Shown here: positions 8,966 through 18,232 of the stretch, in pieces
Layout: every line of letters begins with the position of its first letter
Numbering within the stretch: the stretch's first letter is position 1
Origin: Gemmata obscuriglobus
Lineage (GTDB): Bacteria > Planctomycetota > Planctomycetia > Gemmatales > Gemmataceae
Assembly: GCF_008065095.1 (NCBI RefSeq)
Contig: NZ_CP042911.1
Location: 3,270,001 to 3,302,000 of the forward strand
DNA length: 32,000 bases
Reading direction: 5' to 3'
Notes under the pieces: model-generated
Seen by the model: the letters and a program-made list of their open reading frames with translations, nothing else
The model's database searches: none
What the model was told of the DNA's origin: nothing
Position numbers and translations under genes: made by a program

Positions 8966-10087
8966 ATGCGCGCCGGGACCGTCTGGCACTTGGGCGTCAA
9001 GGAGCTGTGGAGCCTGGCCCGCGACCCGATGCTGCTCGGGCTCATCGCCTTCAGCTTCACGGTGTCGGTCTACGCGGGGGCGACGGCCCAGCCGGAGACG
9101 CTCAACAAGGCGCCGATCGCGGTGGTGGACTACGACCGGTCGCCGCTGTCCGAGCGCATCACCGCTGCGTTCTACCCGCCGCAGTTCCTGCCGCCGGCCC
9201 GGATCACCCCGGACGAAATGGATGCCCGCATGGACGCCGGCCGGGACACGTTCGCGCTGGTGGTCCCGCCCGACTTCCAGCGCGACGTGCTCGCCGGGCG
9301 GCGGCCGGCGGTCCAGCTCAACGTCGACGCGACGCGCATGAGCCAGGCGTACACCGGCAGCGGGTACGTCGAGACGATCACCAGCGGGGAGGTCCGTGCG
9401 TTCGCCGACCGGTACCGAGCGAACCCGGCCCCGCCGGTGGACATGGCCGTGCGGGCGCGGTTCAACCCGGAGCTGAACAAGTCGTGGTTCGGAGCGGTCG
9501 TGAAGCTGATCGACAACGTGAACCTGCTGGCGATCGCGCTGGCCGGGGCCGCCCTGATCCGGGAGCGGGAGCGGGGCACGATCGAGCACCTGCTGGTGAT
9601 GCCGGTGACCCCGTTCGAGATCATGACCGGCAAGGTGTGGTCGATGGGACTGGTGGTGCTGTTCGCGTGCGCACTGTCGCTGCGGGTCGTTGTGCAGGGG
9701 GCGCTTGGGGTGCCGGTCGGGGGCTCGCGGGCACTGTTCCTCTGCGGCGTCGCGCTGCACCTGTTTGCCGCCACGTCGATCGGCATCTTCATGGGCACGT
9801 TCGCCCGCTCGATGCCGCAGTTCGGGCTGCTGCTGATGATGGTGGTGCTGCCGCTCCAGATGTTGTCCGGCGGGGTGACGCCCCGCGAGAGCATGCCCGG
9901 GTGGGTGCAAACGGTGATGCTGGCGGCCCCCACCACACACTTCGTGGCCCTGTCCCAGGGCATCCTCTACCGCGGCGCGGGGCTGTCGGTCGTGTGGCCG
10001 CAGTTCCTCGCGCTCGCACTGATCGGGACGACGTTCTTTGGCGTGACGCTGGCGCGGTTCCGTAAGGTCATCGGCACGATGGCTTGA
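8966..10087 (+). CDS. ABC-2 type transporter permease (YhhJ/YbhR-like)
   Basis: ATG lies 3 nt after the preceding stop. One N-terminal TM helix, a large loop and then a cluster of C-terminal TM helices, paralogous to the C-terminal domain of the preceding gene. Confidence 0.85.
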   Translation: MRAGTVWHLGVKELWSLARDPMLLGLIAFSFTVSVYAGATAQPETLNKAPIAVVDYDRSPLSERITAAFYPPQFLPPARITPDEMDARMDAGRDTFALVVPPDFQRDVLAGRRPAVQLNVDATRMSQAYTGSGYVETITSGEVRAFADRYRANPAPPVDMAVRARFNPELNKSWFGAVVKLIDNVNLLAIALAGAALIRERERGTIEHLLVMPVTPFEIMTGKVWSMGLVVLFACALSLRVVVQGALGVPVGGSRALFLCGVALHLFAATSIGIFMGTFARSMPQFGLLLMMVVLPLQMLSGGVTPRESMPGWVQTVMLAAPTTHFVALSQGILYRGAGLSVVWPQFLALALIGTTFFGVTLARFRKVIGTMA

Positions 10088-10366
10088 TCCCGGGTCCGAG
10101 GGCGCCCTGACCGTCACTGACCACCGGTTCGGTTCGAAGGCCGTGGCCTCAACTTCGGATCGGTGCCCCTCGGACAGTATCCGCACCTCATCGGCGCGGT
10201 CGCCGGAACGCAGGACCCGCGGGACGGGCTGCGCGGCCCGCCGAAGATGCCTTGAACGAACGGTTGAATTAACGCGGGCGCGCCGGCCCCCTGTTCGCTG
10301 AGCCGTGCCGAGTGGCAAGGTCAAACCATACGCGGCCGAGCACGCGCGTCAGGGTGTCGCGCCGCG

Positions 10367-10801
10367 TCACCATTTCCAGGTGCGGTACGCCACAACCGCC
10401 CGCGCCCGATCGATCCCAACAACCACTCTCTGCCCAACGTACCACTCGGAAACCTGCCGCGCGTGCTCGCCGCCGGGCACTCCGTTAAGCCAGTGGGTGT
10501 CGGTCGTGGGCGTCGCGGATACCCCGTCTGGCACCCAGGCCCCGAGTTCCTCGCGCGGCACCGTTGCGACAACGCGAATGTCCCAATCGGACGGCCCCGG
10601 TACGAGGCCGTTGCCGTTGTTCTGGTATCGCACATGGAAGCCCAGCTCGCGGTAGCTGCGGCGGAACGTCACGTACCGCTCGAGGAACGCGGACCGTTCG
10701 GCGAGCGACGGCAGCGATTCGCTCAACGTGTCCGTTGACTCCGGCCTGTTCGGTCCACAGCCCGCACAGGCGATCAGAACGCAGGCGATCGTATTTCTCA
10801 T
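10367..10801 (-). CDS. hypothetical lipoprotein
   Basis: MRNTIACVLIACAGCGP carries a lipobox-like A-C-A-G-C after a short hydrophobic signal. It lies 62 nt downstream of the P-type ATPase on the same strand. The listed 735-aa ORF upstream of this Met is an alternate frame of the ATPase gene. Confidence 0.6.
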   Translation of the reverse strand: MRNTIACVLIACAGCGPNRPESTDTLSESLPSLAERSAFLERYVTFRRSYRELGFHVRYQNNGNGLVPGPSDWDIRVVATVPREELGAWVPDGVSATPTTDTHWLNGVPGGEHARQVSEWYVGQRVVVGIDRARAVVAYRTWKW

Positions 10802-10863
10802 CTGGCCCTCGTGGTGCGTCAGAACCGTTCGTAACCGCTCCACCACCTGCGAGCGGTTGCTGT

Positions 10864-13248
10864 TCACCGCCCCAATGCTCTGCGCCACGGGATCCACTCC
10901 GCGAGGCGCGACACCGCGAAGGCCGGCGCTGCGACCGCAAGCACCTTCAGCCACTCCGATCCGGACAGTGGGGCGAGGCGGAAGAAGTCCGCCGACAGGG
11001 GCCAGTACATGAACCCGGCGTAGATGGGGACGACCACCAGCGACAGCTTTACAAGCCAGCGGTCCGTCGTGAGCCGTTCGCCGTCGCCGTTCAGCACCCG
11101 CCACAGCACCGTCACGCCGAGCAGAATGAGTGCGGTCAGCAGCATTGTGCGCTGCGTGTCCTCGTTCACGTCCCAAACGTGTTTTCCGAGGGCCAGCAGC
11201 GCGACGCCGCAGCCCGCGAACACCAACCCCGTGCGCAGCGCGAACCCACCCACGTCCGCGAGGAACGGGGTCTTGTCGGCCGCCCCGGACCGCTCGCGGG
11301 TCAGCGCCATCAGTAGCGCCGGGACGCCGATCACCATCCAGTTCAGGAGCGTCACTTGCTGCGGCAGGTACGGGAACGGGATGTCGAACAGCCCGACCGC
11401 GTAGGCCACGATGAACGCCATCGAGTAGACGTTCTTCGTGAGGAACAGCTTGCCCGCGCGGCGCAGGTTGCGCACGATCGTCCGCCCCTCCGCGATCGCC
11501 TCGGGCAGCACCGCGAAGTCGTTCGTCTCCAGTACCAGGCTCGACACCGTTTTGGCGGCCGGGCTCCCCTCGCCCATCGCGATCCCCAGGTCGGCCTTCT
11601 TGATCGGCAGCACGTCGTTGACCCCGTCGCCGATCATCGCGACGTTCGCGCCGCCCTTCTGAAGTGCCTCCACGATCGCGACCTTCTGGAGCGGCTCGAC
11701 GCGGCCGAACACGCTGTGCGCGCGCACGAACGCGACCGGGTCTTCGGCGGCGTCGAGGTCTTTCCCGCTCACCACCGGCTCGCGGGACATCGGCAGGTTG
11801 AGTGGCGCGACGGTGGCCTGAACGGTTCGCGGGTTGTCGCCCGAGATCGCCTTGAACGCGATCCCCTGCGCGGACAGCGCCTGGAGCACCGCCGCCGCGT
11901 CCGGGCGCAGCTCGTCGGCCAGCGCGACCAGTGCCAAGAGCTGCAGGGCAGGGGGGAGGGTGCCCGGTTCGAGCGGCGCCGCGGCGGTGCTTTCGGCGAA
12001 CAGCAGGACCCGCAGCCCGGCCGTTTGCAGCCGGTTCAGTTCCGCGTCCCAACGGCCGACGCCCGGGGACAGTGCTTCCGGGGCGCCCAGCACCAGCACG
12101 CGTTCCGCACCGGGTTCGCGCACGCGCGCGGCGCTGAACCGCGTCCGTGCGTTGAACGGGAGGTGCTCGACCGCCTCCACCGGGACCGTGCCGAGGGCCG
12201 CGCGGATTGCCTGGATGTTCTTGTTGTCGCGATCGATCGAGGCGCACGCGAACTGCGCCAGCCGGTGCCGCACCTCGTGTTCGGGCAGCTCGTCCGTCAG
12301 GACGCGAAGCGTGTCGAGTTTCAGCCGGTTGGAGGTCAGCGTCCCGGTCTTGTCCGTACACACCACATCGACCGCGGCCATCGCCTCGACGGCGTTCAGC
12401 CGTTGGACGAGCGCGCCGCGCCGCCCGATCACCACCGCCCCGATGGTGAAGGCGACGGTCGCGGTCAGCACCAGGCCCTGCGGGATCGTGGAAACCACCG
12501 TCGCAGCGATCATCCGGAACATGTGTTCCGCGCCGATCTCGCCCAGCGCGTACAGGGCGCCGTACAGGGCGCACAGGGCGAGCGCGGCGATACTCAGGGC
12601 GGTGATGATGCGGTTCGACGCCCGGGTGATGGGGCTGGTGGTGTAGCTGTACCGCTGGGCGTCGGCGGTGACGCGCTGGGCGAACGCGGCCGAGCCCACC
12701 TTTTCCGCCCGGTAGCTCCCCTCGCCGGTCACGCAGATGCTCCCGGACAGCACCCGTTCACCGGCCCCCCGGCGCACCGGGTCCGATTCGCCGGTGAGCA
12801 GCGCTTCGTCGACCTCCAGGTACTGCGATTCGAGCAGGGTGCCGTCCGCGACTACCGTTTCGCCGACCCGCAGCAGCACCAGATCACCCAGCACCACATC
12901 GTCCACTGGGATCTCGTGCGGGCGGCCGTCCCGCACCACGCGCGCCTTCTGGGCGGTCAGAATCGCTAGACGGTCCAACTGCCGCTTGGCGCGCAGCTCC
13001 TGGGCCAGCCCGATGAGCGTGTTGGCGAGTGCCGTACCGGTTACAGACACGCCGGCCCGCCAGTCGCCGAACGAGAACAGCGCGACCGCCGTCGGTGCGA
13101 CCACGAGGTTGAACACCGTGAACGCGTGTCGGGACACGATCACCCCGTAGTCCGCCCACGCCGACCGGCGGGTGCGGTTCACCTCCCCCCGGCGCACACG
13201 CTCCGCAACTTCGATTGCTGTCAGACCCGTGGCGGGTGGGGCGGTCAT
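10864..13248 (-). CDS. cation-translocating P-type ATPase
   Basis: Motifs TGES, the DKTGTLT phosphorylation site, MIGDGVNDVLPIKKADLGIAMG and about 10 predicted TM segments. Start taken at ATG 13246-13248 (MTAPPATGLTAIEVAERV). Confidence 0.9.
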   Translation of the reverse strand: MTAPPATGLTAIEVAERVRRGEVNRTRRSAWADYGVIVSRHAFTVFNLVVAPTAVALFSFGDWRAGVSVTGTALANTLIGLAQELRAKRQLDRLAILTAQKARVVRDGRPHEIPVDDVVLGDLVLLRVGETVVADGTLLESQYLEVDEALLTGESDPVRRGAGERVLSGSICVTGEGSYRAEKVGSAAFAQRVTADAQRYSYTTSPITRASNRIITALSIAALALCALYGALYALGEIGAEHMFRMIAATVVSTIPQGLVLTATVAFTIGAVVIGRRGALVQRLNAVEAMAAVDVVCTDKTGTLTSNRLKLDTLRVLTDELPEHEVRHRLAQFACASIDRDNKNIQAIRAALGTVPVEAVEHLPFNARTRFSAARVREPGAERVLVLGAPEALSPGVGRWDAELNRLQTAGLRVLLFAESTAAAPLEPGTLPPALQLLALVALADELRPDAAAVLQALSAQGIAFKAISGDNPRTVQATVAPLNLPMSREPVVSGKDLDAAEDPVAFVRAHSVFGRVEPLQKVAIVEALQKGGANVAMIGDGVNDVLPIKKADLGIAMGEGSPAAKTVSSLVLETNDFAVLPEAIAEGRTIVRNLRRAGKLFLTKNVYSMAFIVAYAVGLFDIPFPYLPQQVTLLNWMVIGVPALLMALTRERSGAADKTPFLADVGGFALRTGLVFAGCGVALLALGKHVWDVNEDTQRTMLLTALILLGVTVLWRVLNGDGERLTTDRWLVKLSLVVVPIYAGFMYWPLSADFFRLAPLSGSEWLKVLAVAAPAFAVSRLAEWIPWRRALGR

Positions 13249-13414
13249 AAGTGGTTCTTCCTCCGGGAGCGTCGGGCGGCGGTATTGTACCCGGCGTGAC
13301 TGCTCGGACTTGGCGCGGCCCGTAGTATTGTCCTGACACCGGTTTTCTGCTTTCTGACAACCCGGGCGGCGGGATTCAGTTACTCTGGTAATCATTCCGC
13401 AAAGGAGCCAAGGG

Positions 13415-13816
13415 ATGTCAGCCGACGCGCGTGAGGGTCCCGTCAAGCCACTGCGCGTTCTGGTGGTGGATGACGACGCCGATACGCTCGACTCGCAGCT
13501 CGACCTGCTCGGGCTGTGCGGGTTCGCGGTCGGCACTGCGGCTGATGGCGAGGAGGCACTTCGGACCGTTTTGGCCGATCGGCCCGATGTGGTTGTGACG
13601 GATTTGCGGATGCCGCGGTGCTCCGGGAGCGAACTGGCGCGCCGGGTGTCCGCGGCGGGGCTCTCGCCGCGCCCGTTTCTGGTGGCGGCGACCGGGTGCC
13701 AAGGCACCATGCTCCGGGAGGCCGAACAGGCCGGGTTCGATCTGATACTGATGAAGCCCGTCGAACCGGCGGTGCTGGTCGGGTTGCTCCGCCGGATCGA
13801 GCGCGCCCTTCACTAA
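13415..13816 (+). CDS. single-domain response regulator (CheY-like receiver)
   Basis: LRVLVVDDDADT, phospho-acceptor context VVVTDLRMP and a C-terminal LMKP. AAGGAG lies 7 nt upstream of the ATG. Confidence 0.85.
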   Translation: MSADAREGPVKPLRVLVVDDDADTLDSQLDLLGLCGFAVGTAADGEEALRTVLADRPDVVVTDLRMPRCSGSELARRVSAAGLSPRPFLVAATGCQGTMLREAEQAGFDLILMKPVEPAVLVGLLRRIERALH

Positions 13817-14040
13817 CCGGCTTTGCTGTCGCGGCTTTTTGGTCGGCACATCGAGCGTCCTGTCCGAATCGCACTTTCAGAAACCAAAACCCATCGGCTG
13901 TCTCTGACGCCCGGTTCCCGTCAGAGGCGGACGATTTTACCCGCGTCAATTGCTGCAAGCGATTTGGTGATAGTGCTTTGCGACTCTATTATGCCGGATC
14001 GCCTTGGGGTGGCGGTTCGGAGAAATCGCGTGATTCGGTG

Positions 14041-14106
14041 GTAGCGATGTACCAGCGAATCGCCAGTCCGGGTACAGCAGATGTCCAGTCGGCGACCAGT
14101 CCGAGT
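14041..14106. repeat. array of six degenerate 11-bp tandem repeats
   Basis: Exactly phased 11-mers: gtagcgatgta / ccagcgaatcg / ccagtccgggt / acagcagatgt / ccagtcggcga / ccagtccgagt. The region 14032-14070 matches 4637-4675 at 31 of 39 ungapped positions (hand count). Confidence 0.7.
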
Positions 14107-14349
14107 GCCACCGACGCCGCACCGACTTTCCCATACTCGCAGCCCTGTGATGTGAGCCACGTGCCCAATTCATCTGAAAAGCGACACGCGCCGCGACTGA
14201 AGCGGGGCGAAGCCGAGATCCAAATTCCGCCGGTTGGAAACGGCCCAGATTGAATCCTCGCGCCCGCTACTGTCCAGATGGCACCCGCGTTGACGAGCGA
14301 TTGCGTACCGGGTATGCGGGCGGCCATCGTACAACCCGAGGGGGGCCGC

Positions 14350-14718
14350 ATGCGGTCGCTCGCCCGATTCGCTCTTCTCGCCGCACTCGGCTCCGGGTGC
14401 CTCACGCCTTGGAACGCTCCGTCGGCGGATGCTGTGGTCATCACTCAAAGGGGGAACACCACCACCCTCGGCGTTGCTTCGCACGAAGTCATGTACCCGA
14501 TCCCGTTCGTGTCGCCGCCCGTTCTGGAGGTGGACCCCGCGGACAAGGCGACCATCCTGCACTTGGAAGAGAAGGCCGATCGGTTCGTGGTCACCGCCGC
14601 TCCCGTTGAGGTGTGGCGAACGAGCACGACGCTCAAGTGGAAAGCCACGGGTTCCGTACCGCGGTCTGCGGCTGTTGTGGGGTTGGTGTTCCCGGACGCA
14701 TCATCCCCGAGGCGGTAA
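14350..14718 (+). CDS. hypothetical secreted protein or lipoprotein
   Basis: MRSLARFALLAALGSGC has a signal peptide with a lipobox-like LGSGC. I recognise no domain. Confidence 0.5.
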   Translation: MRSLARFALLAALGSGCLTPWNAPSADAVVITQRGNTTTLGVASHEVMYPIPFVSPPVLEVDPADKATILHLEEKADRFVVTAAPVEVWRTSTTLKWKATGSVPRSAAVVGLVFPDASSPRR

Positions 14719-14922
14719 CGGGCACCGGCTCAAGCCGCTACGGTTGCTACCCGATACCCCATTATGCGCAACGCTCCTGTGTGCAGGCGCCTGAATGTCA
14801 CCAAACGAATCCGGCGTCTTTACCACGCATGACGTGCGAACAGTGTCGGCCCAATGTGCCGAATCGGTGGGCCGCAAGCGGTCGCGGCGCCGGCGGCTCA
14901 AGACGGTTTCGGCCGCACCTAG

Positions 14923-16230
14923 CTAATACGCGCTCGGCGGGGGGCTTTGCCCGGAGCAGACGGGCAGGCAGATGCGGAACGTGGTGCCGGAGCCCGGTGC
15001 GGTCTCCATGCTGATCGCCCCGCCGTGCCGGGCGACCACGTCCGCCACGATACTCATCCCGAGGCCCGTGCCCGTTTCTTTCGTTGTGAAGAACGGCTCG
15101 AACAGCCGGGTCCGCACGTCGTCCGTCATCCCGCACCCGGTGTCGGACACCCGCAAGCACACGGCCGGGGCGCCGTCCGGTAAGCTCCCGGGCACCGTGG
15201 CGAGCGTGAGCCGACCGCCGTCGGGCATCGCGTCGCGGGCGTTGCTCGCGAGGTTCAGCAGCACCTGCCCGATTTGGACCGGGTCGGCCGACACCGGCGG
15301 CAGGTCCGCGGTCGGTTCGAGCGTGACCCGCACCCCGCGGCCCACCAGCCGCGCCACCAGCGGCTGGGCGTCCGCGACCACCCGGTTCAGGTCCAGCGGC
15401 TCCGGGGTGAACGGCTGGGCGCGTGCGAACCGCAGCAGTTGACCGGTCAGCGCCTGGCCGCGCAGGCCGGCCTCGACCACGTGGGCGGCGAGGTCCTGCG
15501 TCGGCGTACCGGCCGCGGACGCCTGGATGACCTCGCCGAAGCCGATGATGACGGTGAGCAGGTTGTTGAAGTCGTGCGCCACCCCGGCCACCATGCGCCC
15601 GAGCGCGTCCATCTTCCGCGACCGCTGGAGCAGCTCGCGGAGCCGGTCCCGCTCGGCCTCGGCCCGCGCCTGCACCTCGAGCTGCGCGGTCCGCTCGGTC
15701 AGCAGCCGGGCGTTCTCGGTGGCGCGGGCTTCGGCCCGGTCCCGCGCCGCCGACAGGTCGCCGATCAGGGCCGCGTTGGTCCACGCCACCGCCGCCGCAT
15801 CGGCCAGCGCCTGGAGGGTCTCGACCTGATCGGGGGTCGCGTGGTGCTCGGTCCCCCAGTAGGCCCCGATCGTGCCGAGCGGATCGTCCGGGCGCACCGC
15901 CACCACGGCCAGGCTCTTCACGAACGTGGCCCGGTAGGACCCGTGCGGGATGCGAGGGTCGGCGAACACGTCGGGGATCACGGCCGGCAGCTTGTGCGCC
16001 GCGACCCACCCCCCGATGCAGCACCCGGCCCGGAACCGGCGCCCCTTCCAGAGCGGCGCGACCGCGTCCTCTTCGAGGTAGCGGCACTCGCCGTCGGCGA
16101 GCAGCGCGAACGTCGCCCCGTCGGCGCCGACCAGGCGCCGAACGTAGTGTGTGACGACGGTCAGAATGGCGGCGTGGTCGCGGCACCGGGCCAGTGCATG
16201 CACCGCATCAACAAGCGCGGAGTGAGACAT
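14923..16230 (-). CDS. cytoplasmic GAF-domain sensor histidine kinase
   Basis: N-terminal GAF-like region, coiled-coil, H-box GRMVAGVAHDFNNLLTVI, N-box LNLASNARDAM, and G-boxes DTGCGM and GTGLGMS. No TM segments. Confidence 0.85.
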   Translation of the reverse strand: MSHSALVDAVHALARCRDHAAILTVVTHYVRRLVGADGATFALLADGECRYLEEDAVAPLWKGRRFRAGCCIGGWVAAHKLPAVIPDVFADPRIPHGSYRATFVKSLAVVAVRPDDPLGTIGAYWGTEHHATPDQVETLQALADAAAVAWTNAALIGDLSAARDRAEARATENARLLTERTAQLEVQARAEAERDRLRELLQRSRKMDALGRMVAGVAHDFNNLLTVIIGFGEVIQASAAGTPTQDLAAHVVEAGLRGQALTGQLLRFARAQPFTPEPLDLNRVVADAQPLVARLVGRGVRVTLEPTADLPPVSADPVQIGQVLLNLASNARDAMPDGGRLTLATVPGSLPDGAPAVCLRVSDTGCGMTDDVRTRLFEPFFTTKETGTGLGMSIVADVVARHGGAISMETAPGSGTTFRICLPVCSGQSPPPSAY

Positions 16231-16534
16231 TGGAGTGCATTCGGCCCTGCGAGTCGGGCAGGCAGAAAAATACCGTTGCGATGCGATCAAGTGAAGGGGC
16301 GATTGCAAAAGTCGGCGTGGATTGCGACATCGCGCGCGCGGTTTTGTGGCCCAGCGCGACTTTTTCGGCCGGCCCTCACCCGGGGCCGGCGGCTGTCTCC
16401 TCTCGGTTTCTTGTCACCGGGTTGTTGCGTCACCGTCCCCGGGCCGATTACAGTGTGTAGGTCGGTTTCTCGCGCTCGAAAAAACTCTCTCCGTTCCTCC
16501 CTCGAAGCCGGCGCGTCACGCCGGGGAAGCTGCC

Positions 16535-17995
16535 ATGGACCTCTTCAGTCGCCGCGAGTTCGTTAACCGTTCCGCGCTCCTCGCCGCCGCCGCGGCCGCC
16601 GGCGCCACTGCAACCGCCGAAGACAAGCCGACCGCCACCGCCGCCAAGGCCCGGGCCGACAAGCTCCGCGTCGCCGTGGTGGGCGTGCGGGGCCGCGGGA
16701 TGAGCCACGTCGGCGGGTTCCTCGGCAAGAACAACTGCGAGATCACCACCGTCTGCGACTGCGACGAGGCCGTCATCGGCCCCGCGATGAAGCAGATCGA
16801 GGGCAAGCAGGGCAAGGCCCCCAGGTTCGAGAAGGACATCCGCAAGCTGGTCGAGAACAAGGACATCGACGTCATCTCGATCGCCACGCCGAACCACTGG
16901 CACGCGCTGATGGCGGTGTGGGCGATGGAGAACGGCAAAGACGTGTACTGCGAGAAGCCCGCCACGCACAATGTGCGCGAGGGCGCGATCATGACCGCCG
17001 CGGCCCGCAAGTACAACCGCATCTGCCAGGTGGGCACCCAGAGCCGCAGCAACCCCGGGATGCGGGACGCCATCGCCTACGTCCGCGGCGGGAAGATCGG
17101 GGCGGTGGACCTGGCGATCGGGCTGTGCTACAAGCCACGCACCAGCATCGGCAAGGTGACCGGCGAGCAGGCCCCGCCGAAGACGATGGACTACGACCTG
17201 TGGTGCGGCCCGGCCCCGCTGAAGGCGCCGACGCGGAACACCAAGAACGGCACCGTCCACTACGACTGGCACTGGATCTGGGACTTCGGCAACGGCGACC
17301 TGGGCAACCAGGGCGTCCACGAGATGGACAAGGCCCGCTGGGGGCTCGGCCAGACCACCATGCCGAACAGCGTGTTCAGCCTCGGCGGGCGGTTCGGGTA
17401 CACCGACGACGGCGAGACCGCCAACACGCAGTTGTGCGTGTTCGATTACGATAAGGCGAAGATGATCTTCGAGGTCCGCGGCCTCACCACCGACGCCTAC
17501 AAGGGGGCGAAGGTGGGCAACATTTGGGTGGGGACCGAGGGCTACGTGGTGTGCCCGAGCTACTCCGGCGGCGTCGCGTACGACAAGAACGGCAAGGAGG
17601 TGGCGAAGTTCTCCGGTGGCGGCGACCAGCACCACTTCGACAACTTCGTGAAGGCGGTGCGGAGCCGCAAGGTGGAGGACCTGAACTGCGACATCGCCGA
17701 GGGGCACCTGTCGGCGGCGCTGTGCCACCTGGCCAACATCAGCTACCGGCTCGGCACCGAGGGGTCGATCACGAAGGCCGGGGCGGTGAGCGACAACAAG
17801 ACCGTCAACGAGTTCGCGGCCGGGATGCTGGCCCACCTCAAGGCCAACAAGGTGAACCTGGACAGCACCGTGGGCCGGTTCGGGCCGCTGCTCCAGATCG
17901 ACACCAAGACCGAGCGGTTCAAGGACAACGCGAAGGCCAACGCGATGCTGTTCCGCGAGTACCGCAAGGGGTTCGAGCTGAAGGAGAGCGTGTAA
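16535..17995 (+). CDS. Gfo/Idh/MocA family oxidoreductase with twin-arginine signal
   Basis: MDLFSRREFVNRSALLAAAAAAG (Tat motif SRREF), Rossmann segment LRVAVVGVRGRG, and the family-typical IATPNHWHA..A...GKDVYCEKP. Confidence 0.9.
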   Translation: MDLFSRREFVNRSALLAAAAAAGATATAEDKPTATAAKARADKLRVAVVGVRGRGMSHVGGFLGKNNCEITTVCDCDEAVIGPAMKQIEGKQGKAPRFEKDIRKLVENKDIDVISIATPNHWHALMAVWAMENGKDVYCEKPATHNVREGAIMTAAARKYNRICQVGTQSRSNPGMRDAIAYVRGGKIGAVDLAIGLCYKPRTSIGKVTGEQAPPKTMDYDLWCGPAPLKAPTRNTKNGTVHYDWHWIWDFGNGDLGNQGVHEMDKARWGLGQTTMPNSVFSLGGRFGYTDDGETANTQLCVFDYDKAKMIFEVRGLTTDAYKGAKVGNIWVGTEGYVVCPSYSGGVAYDKNGKEVAKFSGGGDQHHFDNFVKAVRSRKVEDLNCDIAEGHLSAALCHLANISYRLGTEGSITKAGAVSDNKTVNEFAAGMLAHLKANKVNLDSTVGRFGPLLQIDTKTERFKDNAKANAMLFREYRKGFELKESV

Positions 17996-18124
17996 CGCCG
18001 GAGTAACCGGTTCCCGGCTCCGCGTTGGCGGGGCCGGGGTTGTCACGTCTGAATGGTGGTCACGCGGTCGTCCCGGTTCAGGGGCGGCGCCTGATACATG
18101 AACCCATCTGCGGTCTCGCGTTCT

Positions 18125-18162
18125 TGACGAGCCGCGACCGCCAGGGTAATGGCACTCGTTTT
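18125..18162. repeat. degenerate copy of the palindromic element found at 18286-18333
   Basis: gacgagccgcgaccgccagggtaatggcactcgtttt aligns with aacgagtgccattaaccgccaggacgcggttaatggcactcgtttt. The right arm is nearly intact and the left arm is decayed. Confidence 0.55.
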
Positions 18163-18232
18163 CCCTGTTTACCTAGTCGCCTGTGCGCTGAATTTGGATA
18201 CCCTGAGCAAACTTTCCGACGCAAAGCCGAAT

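Noticed and set aside
7796-10324. Very long antisense or alternate-frame ORFs. Examples: 842 aa at 7796-10324, 465 aa at 6185-7582, 622 aa at 8197-10065, 537 aa at 11356-12969, 462 aa at 14798-16186, 532 aa at 16448-18046, 624 aa at 27055-28929 and 472 aa at 29690-31108.
   Set aside because: All overlap genes with clear domain signatures on the other strand or frame. Their products are Arg/Pro/Gly/His-rich low-complexity strings, as expected from stop-codon-poor high-GC DNA.
10367-12574. 735-aa minus-strand ORF.
   Set aside because: All but the last 144 codons are an alternate frame of the P-type ATPase gene. Only the C-terminal lipoprotein part (10367-10801), which starts at an internal ATG with a signal peptide, is credible.
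13282-13359. Short direct repeats in the ATPase/response-regulator divergent promoter: GTATTGT twice, 43 bp apart, and CTGACA twice, 21 bp apart.
   Set aside because: Hexamer and heptamer repeats in a 166-bp spacer could easily arise by chance, and there is no supporting symmetry or second locus.
17996-18024. Possible terminator after the oxidoreductase gene (cggag..ccgg ttc ccgg ctccg).
   Set aside because: The stem is short and bulged, with no U-tract. It is too weak to call.
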